64,000 bases of DNA from Pirellulales bacterium (GTDB lineage: Bacteria; Planctomycetota; Planctomycetia; Pirellulales; Thermoguttaceae), in the NCBI GenBank assembly GCA_020846145.1, contig JADLEL010000154.1, positions 11,680-75,679 on the forward strand, written 5' to 3'. Shown here piece by piece: positions 1 through 8,370 of this stretch; position 1 is the stretch's first letter; the number at the start of each line of letters is the position of its first letter. The notes under the pieces are model-generated. The model worked only from the letters and a program-made list of their open reading frames with translations, was not told the DNA's origin and ran no database searches. The translations under genes and the position numbers were made by a program.

Positions 1-60
1 CTTCGACGCCAGCGCATGGGAACAAGGATGATTTTTCACGATCCACTGACCCCTCTCCCC

Positions 61-1551
61 TCAATCCGCCGGCACGCAGCGGCCTTTGGCCCAGGCGCGG
101 AGGGTTTCGACGCGCTCGCGGAGGACGACGGAGAGGGGCTGGCTCGCGCGGATCGCCGAGAGGATGTGTTCGGTTTGGCACTCGGCGCCTTCGGCGAAGG
201 CGGCGTACATGCCGGAGACGACGGCCTGCTCGATTTCCGCGCCGCTGTAGCCTTCGCTGGCTTCGACCAAGGCTTGCATCTCGAACGTCGTTTTCTCGCG
301 CCGCCGCTTGCGGAGGTGGATGCCGAAGATCGACTCGCGGTCCTCCTTTTCGGGCAGATCGACGAAGAAAATCTCGTCGAAGCGGCCTTTGCGCATCAGT
401 TCGGGCGGGAGTTGGCCGATGTTGTTCGCCGTGGCCATGAGGAAGATCGGCTGCCGGTGGTCCTGCATCCAGGAGAGCAGCGTGCCGAACATCCGCTGCG
501 AGAGGCCGCCGTCGGCCGATTCCGCGCCCGCCGAGGCGAACGCCTTTTCGATCTCGTCGATCCAGAGGATCACCGGCGACATCGACTCGGCCTGCGTGAG
601 CGCTTCGCGGAGCCGGGCTTCGCTCTCGCCGATGAATTTCTGATAGAGCACGCCGGGGTCCATCCGCAATAGCGGCATCCGCCAGGCCGAGGCTACCACT
701 TTCGCGCACAGGCTCTTGCCGCAGCCCTGCACACCGAGAAGCAGTATCCCGCGCGGCGGATCGAGGCCGAACTCCCGCGCCCGGGCGGAAAAGCCGCCGC
801 GCCGCAGATTGAGCCATTGCTTGAGGTTCTTCAGCCCGCCGATGTCGTCGGGCGAGACATCGACGGCGATCGCTTCGAGGCAGCCCATCGTGCCCAGCCG
901 GTTCCGCTTGGCCTCGATGACGCGCGTGAGATCGGCGCTGTCGAGGATGTTGTCTTCGTGAATCGCGCCGGCGACGATCCGGCGGGCTTCCTCGGTGGTC
1001 AGGCCGCGGAGCGTCTGCACGAGCTGCTCCATCTCGCGCTTGGTGAGCTTCGATTGCACTTCGACCAGGCTCTCGCGCTTGATGTGCCGGTACGTTTCGC
1101 GGACCAAATCGGTAAGCTCTTCCTCGTCGGGCCAACCGACCTCGAACGGGACCGTAAGCCGCTTGACCTCCGGCGGCAGCGACCCGCCATCGACCATCAC
1201 CAGGGTCCAGAGGCGGCTGTCGGGCGAATAATACAGCTCGCGCAGCAGGCGGACCACCTGCGCGTCCTTGCAGTGCGCGCCCAAGTCCTTGAACAGATAC
1301 AAGGCCGGCATCGTCGTCTGCCGCAGATGGCCGAGCGCGGGAATGACTTTGTTCGGCTCGATGACGGCCTTTCCGCCGATCGGCGGATAGGTTTGCCGCA
1401 GGCCATCGACGATCGACCATTCGTAAAACGGCAGCTTCAATTGCTCGCTGAACTCGCGGACAATTTTTATCGCCCGGGGTTCGTCGGGCGTTTGGATCGC
1501 GATGATCGGATTGCGGGCTTGGATCAACAGGCCGAGGTCGGAGGGGTGCAA
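61..1551 (-). CDS. AAA+ family ATPase (C-terminal AAA domain, uncharacterised N-terminal domain)
   Basis: Walker A GVQGCGKSL, Walker B ILWIDEIEK, ATANNIGQLPPELMRKGRFDEIFFVDLP. The track ORF extends to 1779, but its first ~76 codons are Arg-rich and cross a palindromic repeat. TTG at 1551 is preceded by AAGGAG. Confidence 0.8.
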   Translation of the reverse strand: MHPSDLGLLIQARNPIIAIQTPDEPRAIKIVREFSEQLKLPFYEWSIVDGLRQTYPPIGGKAVIEPNKVIPALGHLRQTTMPALYLFKDLGAHCKDAQVVRLLRELYYSPDSRLWTLVMVDGGSLPPEVKRLTVPFEVGWPDEEELTDLVRETYRHIKRESLVEVQSKLTKREMEQLVQTLRGLTTEEARRIVAGAIHEDNILDSADLTRVIEAKRNRLGTMGCLEAIAVDVSPDDIGGLKNLKQWLNLRRGGFSARAREFGLDPPRGILLLGVQGCGKSLCAKVVASAWRMPLLRMDPGVLYQKFIGESEARLREALTQAESMSPVILWIDEIEKAFASAGAESADGGLSQRMFGTLLSWMQDHRQPIFLMATANNIGQLPPELMRKGRFDEIFFVDLPEKEDRESIFGIHLRKRRREKTTFEMQALVEASEGYSGAEIEQAVVSGMYAAFAEGAECQTEHILSAIRASQPLSVVLRERVETLRAWAKGRCVPAD

Positions 1552-1567
1552 GGGGGAACTCCTTCGT

Positions 1568-1590
1568 GGGACAGGTTTCCAACCTGTCGT
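1568..1590. repeat. palindromic repeat family A (GACAGGTTTCCAACCTGTC), solo copy
   Basis: The same palindrome recurs at 2096-2164 and 42069-42147. Confidence 0.85.
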
Positions 1591-1684
1591 TGGTCGCGCA
1601 GGTCGCGCTTCAGCACATCGTTTTTGGCAAACGAGCGTTACGCAAAAGCATAACCTATTTTGTGTTGCTTCGCGGGTTCGATTA

Positions 1685-2002
1685 TTAGTATTTCTTCTCC
1701 GACGGTTTTGCAGCAGGCAGGCTCGATTCGGCTTGCGTGATTGGTACAAGCACGACACGAAAGGAACACTCCTGGTCAATCGTCAGCGACGTAACGGGGG
1801 TTCCCGCGCCGCCACTGTTGACTTTGGTTTTAACGGCACCGGGCGGTAGCTGGCTTACATCGATCTCAAACGGTCCGTCATAGGTGGAAGTACTCTGAAT
1901 TTGGTGAATCTCAAGGGTGCGGTCCGCCGCCCGATCCCCCAAGCAGCCACCCAGCGAAAGCGCAATCACGGCTGCCAAAAAGTGCATTAAAGTGCGTACC
2001 AT
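1685..2002 (-). CDS. hypothetical lipoprotein
   Basis: N-terminal signal peptide with lipobox LSLGGC. No family recognised. Confidence 0.5.
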   Translation of the reverse strand: MVRTLMHFLAAVIALSLGGCLGDRAADRTLEIHQIQSTSTYDGPFEIDVSQLPPGAVKTKVNSGGAGTPVTSLTIDQECSFRVVLVPITQAESSLPAAKPSEKKY

Positions 2003-2095
2003 AGAACCTCCTTTGGTTCAAAACAGTTTTATAGACCACAAAATCCCATCCCTACAGGTTGCCAGATTTCCCCAAGAAAGGCAAGATAGGGGTGT

Positions 2096-2164
2096 CGTAG
2101 GACAGGTTTCCAACCTGTCGTTAATTAATCGACACCGGGCGACAGGTTGGAAACCTGTCCTACG
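2096..2164. repeat. palindromic repeat family A, inverted doublet
   Basis: CGTAGGACAGGTTTCCAACCTGTCG ... CGACAGGTTGGAAACCTGTCCTACG. Confidence 0.9.
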
Positions 2165-2192
2165 CCCCCCAACCTTCCTTGAATAGTCACTC

Positions 2193-2939
2193 ATGAATCG
2201 AAAAAATCCTTGGCTCGTGTTTTTGCTGCCGTTTGTGGTCTTTATGCTCGTGGGAGCCTTCGAGCCGACGCCCGATAAGCCCAGCGGCGGGATCATCGGG
2301 CTGTCGATCCCCTACGACCAGTATCCACTCGTCTATTCGCTAAAAATCGCCCTTTCTTTGGCGGCGGTGATTTTCGTGTGGCCGGGCTATCGGGAATTTC
2401 CCTTCCGCATCAGTCCTTTGTCCGTGGCGGTGGGCGTGGTAGGAATTGCGCTCTGGATCGGGCTATGCAAGCTCGATCTCGAACATCGCTATTTGCAGCC
2501 GTTTTTGGATAAGTTGGGGCTGGGCTGGCTCATCGGTTCCGGCGAGCGGGCGGGATTCAATCCGCTCGAACGACTTGCGAATCAGCCGGTTTGGGCGTGG
2601 ACCTTCTTGGTCTTCCGTTTCTTCGGTCTCGCGCTCGTCGTGCCGATCATCGAGGAATTTTTCCTCCGCGGCTTCGTCATGCGGTTCGTTATGGAGAAGG
2701 ATTGGTGGAAAGTCCCGTTCGGCAGGGTGAATCGGCTGGCGGTTGTCGCCGGCACCGCGGTGCCGATGCTCATGCATCCGGGAGAACTGCTGGCCGCGGC
2801 CGTCTGGTTTTCGCTGGTAACCTGGCTCATGCTTCGCATGAAGAATATTTGGGACTGCGTCGCCGCCCATGCGGTTACGAACTTTTTGCTGGGCGTCTAT
2901 GTGGTAACGATGGGGGGGGAGGCATGGCGGTTGATGTAG
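2193..2939 (+). CDS. CPBP (CAAX/Abi) family intramembrane protease
   Basis: Polytopic membrane protein with EEFFLRGF (EExxxR) and HAVTN (H-x3-N) motifs typical of CPBP proteases. Confidence 0.75.
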   Translation: MNRKNPWLVFLLPFVVFMLVGAFEPTPDKPSGGIIGLSIPYDQYPLVYSLKIALSLAAVIFVWPGYREFPFRISPLSVAVGVVGIALWIGLCKLDLEHRYLQPFLDKLGLGWLIGSGERAGFNPLERLANQPVWAWTFLVFRFFGLALVVPIIEEFFLRGFVMRFVMEKDWWKVPFGRVNRLAVVAGTAVPMLMHPGELLAAAVWFSLVTWLMLRMKNIWDCVAAHAVTNFLLGVYVVTMGGEAWRLM

Positions 2940-3061
2940 TCAAATGGCAGCGTGAAAGTGCGATTTGCGTATTACATAAGCCCTTGCAATGCCCTGCGGA
3001 GTCGCTATATTATAGGTTTCCGATTTTTTGCCCTTAACGCCCATTGTGGGGAGTAGATGTC

Positions 3062-3337
3062 ATGGCTCGAGCGTGTCAAGTTTGTGGGAAGAAGCCCGTG
3101 TTGGGCAATTCGGTAACGCATCGCGGGAAGGCGAAATACCTCGGCGGGGTGGGCACCAAGGTAACCGGCATCACCCGCCGCAAGTTCAAACCGAACTTGC
3201 AGAGCGTGCATGTCAGCACGCCCAACGGGACGAAGAAGTCGATGCGCGTTTGCACGCAGTGCCTCCGCAGCGGCGCGGTGACGAAGACCATCCGCCAAGC
3301 GCCCTTCAAATTGCCGGTAGCGGCGGAAAAGAAGTAA
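3062..3337 (+). CDS. rpmB: 50S ribosomal protein L28
   Basis: MARACQVCGKKPVLGNSVTH...KFKPNLQ matches the L28 N-terminal signature. ATG at 3062 lies within track ORF 3044..3337. Confidence 0.9.
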   Translation: MARACQVCGKKPVLGNSVTHRGKAKYLGGVGTKVTGITRRKFKPNLQSVHVSTPNGTKKSMRVCTQCLRSGAVTKTIRQAPFKLPVAAEKK

Positions 3338-3342
3338 ATATA

Positions 3343-3408
3343 GTGGTCAGTGGCCAGTGGTCAGTGGCCAGAGAGTTTACTAGCCACTGACCACTGACCA
3401 CTGACCAC
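3343..3408. repeat. short-motif tandem-repeat hairpin (GTGGTCA/GTGGCCA vs CCACTGA)
   Basis: The left arm is tandem heptamers and the right arm their complement. Located between rpmB and gatC. Confidence 0.85.
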
Positions 3409-3418
3409 TCTCCTTGCC

Positions 3419-3712
3419 ATGCCTATCTCCCGTCAAGAAGTCGAAAAAGTATCGCTGCTGGGCCGGCTGCTGCTGGGCGAGGCGGAACTCGATACGATGA
3501 CCCATCAGTTGGGCGATATCCTGGCCTACATGGAGCTTTTGGGCGAGGTCGATACGGCGGGCGTCGAGCCGATGGCGCACGCGATCGACGTGTCGAACGC
3601 TTTTCGCGAAGACGCGGTGCAACCGAGCCTCGAACGCGAACAGGCTTTAGCCAACGCCCCGCACCGCGATGGGGAATGTTACCTCGTGCCGGCGGTGTTG
3701 GGGGAGGGGTGA
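3419..3712 (+). CDS. gatC: Asp/Glu-tRNA amidotransferase subunit C
   Basis: 97 aa. VEKVSLLGRLLL...EAELDTMTHQLGDILAYMELLGEVDT...VEPM is typical GatC. It lies directly upstream of gatA. Confidence 0.9.
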   Translation: MPISRQEVEKVSLLGRLLLGEAELDTMTHQLGDILAYMELLGEVDTAGVEPMAHAIDVSNAFREDAVQPSLEREQALANAPHRDGECYLVPAVLGEG

Positions 3713-3717
3713 AATGC

Positions 3718-3847
3718 AAAGCCGCGACCATTGGTCGCGGTTTACGGCGGCGCGGAGGTTGGGGTTTTTCGGGATTTCACCGATCACGCGCCGCGACGAC
3801 TGGTCGCGGCTTCGCATATCCGAACCGTGACCAATGGTCGCGGCTTT
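3718..3847. repeat. palindromic repeat family B (GCCGCGACCAWTGGTCGCGG), three copies between gatC and gatA
   Basis: Copies at about 3718-3743, 3790-3812 and 3822-3847. Confidence 0.9.
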
Positions 3848-3858
3848 GCAGGGACATC

Positions 3859-5442
3859 ATGCCGCTCATCGACCAAACCGCCGTCGAACTCCTGGCAATG
3901 CTGCAAGCGGGCGATGTTACTTCGGTCGAATTGACTCAGGCCTATCTGGATCGCATCGAGCAAATCGATCATCAAGTGAAGGCGTTCCTCCGCGTCGATC
4001 CCAATGCTGCGCTCGAGCGGGCGGAGGAGATCGACCGGCGGCGGAAGGCGGGGAAGCCGTTGGGCCGGCTGGCGGGCCTGCCGGTGGCGATCAAGGATTT
4101 GCTCTGCACAGCGGGGGAGCCGACCACCTGCGCGTCGAAGATGCTGGAAAATTTCCGCCCGCCGTACGACGCCACGGTCGTCGCCAAGCTCAAGGCGGCC
4201 GACGCGGTGTTGATCGGCAAGACGAACATGGACGAGTTCGCGATGGGCGGGTCGAACGAGAATTCGGCCTTCTTTCCCACGCGGAATCCCTGGGATTTGT
4301 CGCGGATTCCCGGCGGTTCGAGCGGCGGCGCGGCGGCCTGCGTGGCGGCGCGGATGGCCCCGCTTTCGCTGGGGACCGACACCGGCGGCTCGATCCGCTG
4401 CCCGGCGGGCCTGTGCGGCGTTACCGGACTGAAGCCGACCTACGGCCGCGTGAGCCGCTACGGGTTGGTGGCGTTCGCCAGCAGTCTCGATCAGGTCGGC
4501 CCGATGGCCCAGACCGCCGAAGACGCGGCGCTGTTGCTCGAAGTATTGGCCGGGCACGATCCGAAGGATTCCACGTCGGTCGATCTGCCCGTGCCGAAGT
4601 ATTCCGAGACCATCCGCAAGCCGCTGGAAAATCTCCGCATCGGTCTGGTTCGGGAGCATTTCGGCGAAGGATTGGACGGCGAGGTCGAGGCGGCGGTGCG
4701 CGAAGCGGTCAAGGTTTACGAGTCGCTGGGGGCGAAGGTCGTGGAGCTTTCGCTGCCGCACGGCAAGTACGCGGTGGCGACGTATTACGTGATCGCCCCT
4801 TGCGAGGCCTCGAGCAATTTGGCACGCTACGACGGCGTGCATTACGGGCATCGCACGGACGAAAAGAAGATGGCGGCCGAGTTGGAGGCCCAGCGAAGGC
4901 ACTGGCAAGATGCCAGTGGCACACGGCAGAAGCACTGGCAAGCTGCCAGTGGCACACACGAAGAATTGAAAAATCAGGATAACGCCTTGATCCGCATGTA
5001 TCGCCGCAGCCGGGCGGAAGGTTTCGGCGCGGAAGTCAAGCGCCGCATCATGCTCGGCACTTACGCCCTGAGCGCGGGCTATTACGACGCCTACTATAAA
5101 AAGGCGCTGCAGGTGCGGCGGCTGATCCGCGGCGATTTCGACCGCGCCTTCGCGGAGGTCGATCTGCTCGTCGGCCCGGTTACGCCCACCCCGGCGTACA
5201 AGATCGGCGAGAAGGTCGATGATCCGCTGTCGATGTATCTGTTCGATCTCTATACGGTGAGCACGAACCTAGCGGGCATCGGCGGGATGTCGATCCCCTG
5301 CGGATTCTCCCAAGCCGGGCTGCCCATCGGTCTGCATCTGCAAGCCCCGCCGTTTGAAGAGGAGCGCCTATTGCGCGGCGCGTTCATGTTCCAGCAGGCG
5401 ACCGACTGGCACGCGCGGAAGCCGGGCGGATTCTACGAATAG
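3859..5442 (+). CDS. gatA: Asp/Glu-tRNA amidotransferase subunit A (amidase family), carrying a repeat-derived insertion
   Basis: Amidase signature GGSSGGAAACVAA...LGTDTGGSIRCPA, then SNLARYDGVHYG and EGFGAEVKRRIMLGTYALSAGYYDAYYKKA. ATG at 3859. The upstream part of track ORF 3676.. is a translation of palindromic repeats. Confidence 0.92.
   Translation: MPLIDQTAVELLAMLQAGDVTSVELTQAYLDRIEQIDHQVKAFLRVDPNAALERAEEIDRRRKAGKPLGRLAGLPVAIKDLLCTAGEPTTCASKMLENFRPPYDATVVAKLKAADAVLIGKTNMDEFAMGGSNENSAFFPTRNPWDLSRIPGGSSGGAAACVAARMAPLSLGTDTGGSIRCPAGLCGVTGLKPTYGRVSRYGLVAFASSLDQVGPMAQTAEDAALLLEVLAGHDPKDSTSVDLPVPKYSETIRKPLENLRIGLVREHFGEGLDGEVEAAVREAVKVYESLGAKVVELSLPHGKYAVATYYVIAPCEASSNLARYDGVHYGHRTDEKKMAAELEAQRRHWQDASGTRQKHWQAASGTHEELKNQDNALIRMYRRSRAEGFGAEVKRRIMLGTYALSAGYYDAYYKKALQVRRLIRGDFDRAFAEVDLLVGPVTPTPAYKIGEKVDDPLSMYLFDLYTVSTNLAGIGGMSIPCGFSQAGLPIGLHLQAPPFEEERLLRGAFMFQQATDWHARKPGGFYE
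4899..4957. repeat. palindromic repeat family C (GCACTGGCAAGATGCCAGTGGCACAC), two copies inside the gatA reading frame
   Basis: Copies at 4899-4924 and 4932-4957, translated in frame as HWQDASGT / HWQAASGT. Confidence 0.9.
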
Positions 5443-5456
5443 GGCGACAAAAAAGC

Positions 5457-6335
5457 CTAATCACTTTTCTCCAACATCGCTTTCAGGGCGCGGATGAAGT
5501 CGGGGGAGGTGCCGCAGCAGCCGCCGAGGAAGGACGCGCCGGCTTCGAGGAGTTGGGGGACGTAGGCGGCGAAATCTTCAGGCGTTTGGGTGTAAACGGT
5601 TTTGCCGTCTTTCATTTGCGGGAGGCCGGCGTTGGCTTTGATCCAGATCGGAAGATCGGCGGCGGTTTTGAGGCGGCGGCAGATGGCGTCGAAGCCGGCA
5701 ATGCCTTGGCCGCAATTCGAGCCGATCGCGTCCGCGCCGGCGGCGGCGAGTGCTTCGGCGGCCCGTTCGGGCGTAACGCCCATCATCGTGCGGTCGTGGT
5801 TCGCGCCGGAATCGAAGCTCATGCAGGCCACGACGGGCAGGCCGGTTTCCTTGGCGGCGGCGACGGCGATTTTGATTTCGGCCAGATCGGACATGGATTC
5901 GATCGCGATGCCATCCGCGCCGGCGGCGGCCATGTGCCGGGCTTGATCGGAGAATCCGGCGAGGAGATCGGCTTCGGTAACTTCGCCGGTCATCAGCAGC
6001 TTGCCGCTGGGGCCGAGGGAGGCGAAGACCATCGCCTTTCCGGCGGCGGCGCGTTTCGAGATGGCGACGCCGGCCCGATTGATTTCGCCCAACTGCGCGG
6101 CCGCGCCTTGGCGTTCGAGGATGAAGCGATTCGCGCCGAAGGTGTTGGTGAGGATGACCCGGCTGCCGGCCGCGACGTAGGCGCGGGCGACTTCTTCGAC
6201 TTTTTCGGGATGGGACAGGTTCCAGGGATCGGGGCATTCGCCGATGGGCAGCCCGCGGAGTTGCAGTTGCGTGCCCCACGCGCCGTCGGTGAGCACCGGG
6301 CCGTGGGCGAGAAGATTTTCGAGGGTGGGATGCAT
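5457..6335 (-). CDS. homocysteine S-methyltransferase domain protein
   Basis: LTDGAWGTQL, ILTNTFGANRF and C-terminal GGCCGTSPDFI (zinc-binding Cys pair) are typical of the S-methyl_trans family. ATG at 6335 is preferred over GTG at 6359, which lies at the edge of a repeat. Confidence 0.8.
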   Translation of the reverse strand: MHPTLENLLAHGPVLTDGAWGTQLQLRGLPIGECPDPWNLSHPEKVEEVARAYVAAGSRVILTNTFGANRFILERQGAAAQLGEINRAGVAISKRAAAGKAMVFASLGPSGKLLMTGEVTEADLLAGFSDQARHMAAAGADGIAIESMSDLAEIKIAVAAAKETGLPVVACMSFDSGANHDRTMMGVTPERAAEALAAAGADAIGSNCGQGIAGFDAICRRLKTAADLPIWIKANAGLPQMKDGKTVYTQTPEDFAAYVPQLLEAGASFLGGCCGTSPDFIRALKAMLEKSD

Positions 6336-6358
6336 GGGGTTTCTTGATTTGTTTGACA

Positions 6359-6471
6359 CTCGTTCACACGCTCCGCGTGGAAACGAGGTAAGTGGTTGAG
6401 GAATGCTTGCGAGCAGTTCTGCGACGCGGAGCGTCGCGGAATTGCGTTCCCACGCGGCGCGTGGGAACGAG
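6359..6471. repeat. composite three-hairpin element, family D
   Basis: CTCGTTCACACGC..GCGTGGAAACGAG / spacer / GCGACGC..GCGTCGC + GTTCCCACGC..GCGTGGGAACGAG. It fills the whole intergenic gap. An inverted relative lies at 54520-54661. Confidence 0.85.
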
Positions 6472-7623
6472 TTATTGATTTTGCGCGGGTTTGAGCAGCG
6501 GTTTCAGGTCCAGCGTCTTCAGCGGTTTGGCGGAGGTCGGGCCGCGGCCGATGCTCAAGTGCAGCACGAGCTTCGACGGCTCGAAGACCATCGTCTGGAT
6601 CGTGCGTTTGCCTTGATTGACGTCGTTCAGCAGCCGGGCGACGTCGTCCACCGAGAGTTTCGCCAACTCGCGGCTCTTTTCGAGCTTGGGGTAGCGCCGG
6701 CATTTCGTTTCGGTTTTCATGGGGGCGGCGCGGAAATGATTCGTGCAGTAGAGCAGGCCGTCTTCCGGCGCGCGGACGCCGATGTTGCGGGTGGTGATTT
6801 CGAAGATCGCCTGCCGCTGGGGATCGCATCCCAAGAGGATGCCCATCGCGGTGCGGGTATGCGCGTGCATCCAGCGGTCGAATTCCTCGACCGAGCGGCA
6901 GCCTTCCATGACCTCGCGGGCGGCGATGAAGTAGGGCATGCCTTCGGGATCGAAGGGCGGCGCGCCGTCGCCGGTCCGCTTGGCGGTGTTCGCGCCGAGC
7001 GCGAGGCTGTCTTCGTTCATCCCCACGCTCGCCGCCAGGAGGCCGGGAAAGGTAACCATGACGAAGGCTTTCTTGCCCGTCGGACGATACGCGACGACCA
7101 GGCTGTATTCGGCGATCGGATCGTCGAAGGGGAAGTCGAAGTTCCGGCCGTAGAGCGATCCGCCGGTCGCGCTGCGCTCGGCGGAAACCAGCAGCCCGGA
7201 GCAGCCGACGAGTTGCTGCAAATCGAAGGCGGTATTGGCCAGCACGATCAGGTCTCGATCCGCGCCGGCGGCCTTGATCATGGATTCGATTTCCGTGCGG
7301 TATTCCTTGGGGAAGCGGGCGAACATCGCCTCGGAGGCCGCGTAGATCATCGGCAGAACCGGTTTCAGGCCCTTCTTTTCGAGATACTCCCGAAAGTGCG
7401 CGACCAGCGAATCGGCCGGCTTGAGCGCGAGCACGCCGACCTGCTCGCCCATCTCCTCCCAGGAACCGCCGACGGTGAGCACGGGCAGGCCCCGGAGATA
7501 ACGGAGTTCTCCCCCGCCGTGCTTTCCTTCGGGATAGCGGAACGGCTCGGCGGCGGCCGCCGCCGCCGCGGCGAGGAGCGAGAGAATAAGAACGATAACC
7601 GGTTTGCGAGGGAAGTTCGGCAT
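6472..7623 (-). CDS. secreted C45 family peptidase / acyl-CoA:6-APA acyltransferase-like Ntn hydrolase
   Basis: Signal peptide; VGCSGLLV (nucleophile Cys context); LYGRNFDF; overall layout of the AAT/C45 family. Confidence 0.65.
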   Translation of the reverse strand: MPNFPRKPVIVLILSLLAAAAAAAAEPFRYPEGKHGGGELRYLRGLPVLTVGGSWEEMGEQVGVLALKPADSLVAHFREYLEKKGLKPVLPMIYAASEAMFARFPKEYRTEIESMIKAAGADRDLIVLANTAFDLQQLVGCSGLLVSAERSATGGSLYGRNFDFPFDDPIAEYSLVVAYRPTGKKAFVMVTFPGLLAASVGMNEDSLALGANTAKRTGDGAPPFDPEGMPYFIAAREVMEGCRSVEEFDRWMHAHTRTAMGILLGCDPQRQAIFEITTRNIGVRAPEDGLLYCTNHFRAAPMKTETKCRRYPKLEKSRELAKLSVDDVARLLNDVNQGKRTIQTMVFEPSKLVLHLSIGRGPTSAKPLKTLDLKPLLKPAQNQ

Positions 7624-7717
7624 GTTTTTCGTTAGGATTCGTCGAGTGAAATGTTAGGGCTTGAATTGAAATGACGTTTTTCTCGTGCTTCGATCCGGAC
7701 TCGGATGAAATTAGTTT

Positions 7718-7830
7718 CCGTTGCGGAAGGTAGGGTGGGTCCAGCGCAGCGCCGACCCACCATGAGTTTTCTCCCGATTTTGGCGGATCGGCGCTGCGCT
7801 TGACCCACCCGACGCATGAATCCGCAACGG
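7718..7830. repeat. ~113-nt palindromic element (GGGTGGGTC.AGCGCAGCGCCGA.CC arms)
   Basis: Outer arms CCGTTGCGGA / TCCGCAACGG enclose two inverted GGGTGGGTCCAGCGCAGCGCCGACCCACC-type units. Confidence 0.8.
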
Positions 7831-7931
7831 AAGCCAATTATACCGAATTGATCGGTGTTAGGCTATAAACCGCACTTCCTTCCCAGGAGAACTGCCAATT
7901 CGGCAAAACCGGGAGCCAGACATTCCTGTTT

Positions 7932-7963
7932 CCCGCGAACCGCGACCAATGGTCGCGGCTTTC
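7932..7963. repeat. palindromic repeat family B
   Basis: CCCGCGAACCGCGACCAATGGTCGCGGCTTTC. Confidence 0.85.
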
Positions 7964-8262
7964 GAGCACGTCCTCCCGTGAAAAATGACTTTTCAGTACT
8001 CTGGCGGGATCGTTGGGCTGAGATCGTTTTCCGGGCCGTATGCACCTGTTTCGGAAAGGATTATTTTGATATATTGACCTTTGTTCTGGGTAATGGAGTT
8101 GGACTCCGCGAGATCTCAATCCGGCACGACCGTACCGCGTTGGTCGAGTCGGCCAAGAGTTTTACACCAAACGCGGTATTGCATATTAACTGGCGCGAAA
8201 CACCGGGCCGGTGGAAGATTTGGTGACCGGTTATTTGGCGACGTGAGGATTGGTGAAATAAA

Positions 8263-8368
8263 GGGGCTAGAGATCGGGGGCGAGGGGCTAGAGAATTACA
8301 GAATCATGCGCCACAGAAAAATCCTAATCCCTAATCCCCGATCTCTATCCCCTATCCCCTATCCCCTC
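8263..8368. repeat. short-motif tandem-repeat hairpin (GGGGCTAGAGATC vs GATCTCTATCCCC)
   Basis: Read directly from the sequence, immediately upstream of CDS 8371. Confidence 0.8.
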
Positions 8369-8370
8369 AC

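Noticed and set aside
16-1653. Long plus-strand ORFs (16..672, 817..1653 and others) opposite the AAA ATPase gene.
   Set aside because: They are Arg/Ala/Gly-rich shadow frames typical of high-G+C DNA and have no motifs. The minus-strand frame carries clear Walker motifs.
1660-1700. tRNA-like T-loop string GGGTTCGATT.
   Set aside because: No acceptor, D or anticodon stems can be drawn around it, and it lies at the 3' end of the lipoprotein ORF region.
3676-3858. N-terminal extension of gatA in the ORF track (start at 3676).
   Set aside because: The extension is the translation of three palindromic repeats (…ATIGRG…, …RSRAATTGRG…). It also overlaps the gatC 3' end. The conserved GatA N-terminus begins at the ATG at 3859.
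5993-7837. 614-aa ORF spanning the homocysteine methyltransferase and C45 peptidase loci.
   Set aside because: It is extremely Arg/Pro/Ser-rich and out of frame with two well-supported genes. It also crosses an intergenic repeat element, so it is a spurious ORF.
7838-8260. ORFs 7838..8119 and 7855..8226 in the 730-nt gap upstream of the vWA gene.
   Set aside because: They contain repeat-derived peptide (…RDHWSRFAG… / …PRTATNGRGF…), have no RBS and look non-coding in composition. The gap may hold regulatory RNA, but I cannot support a call.
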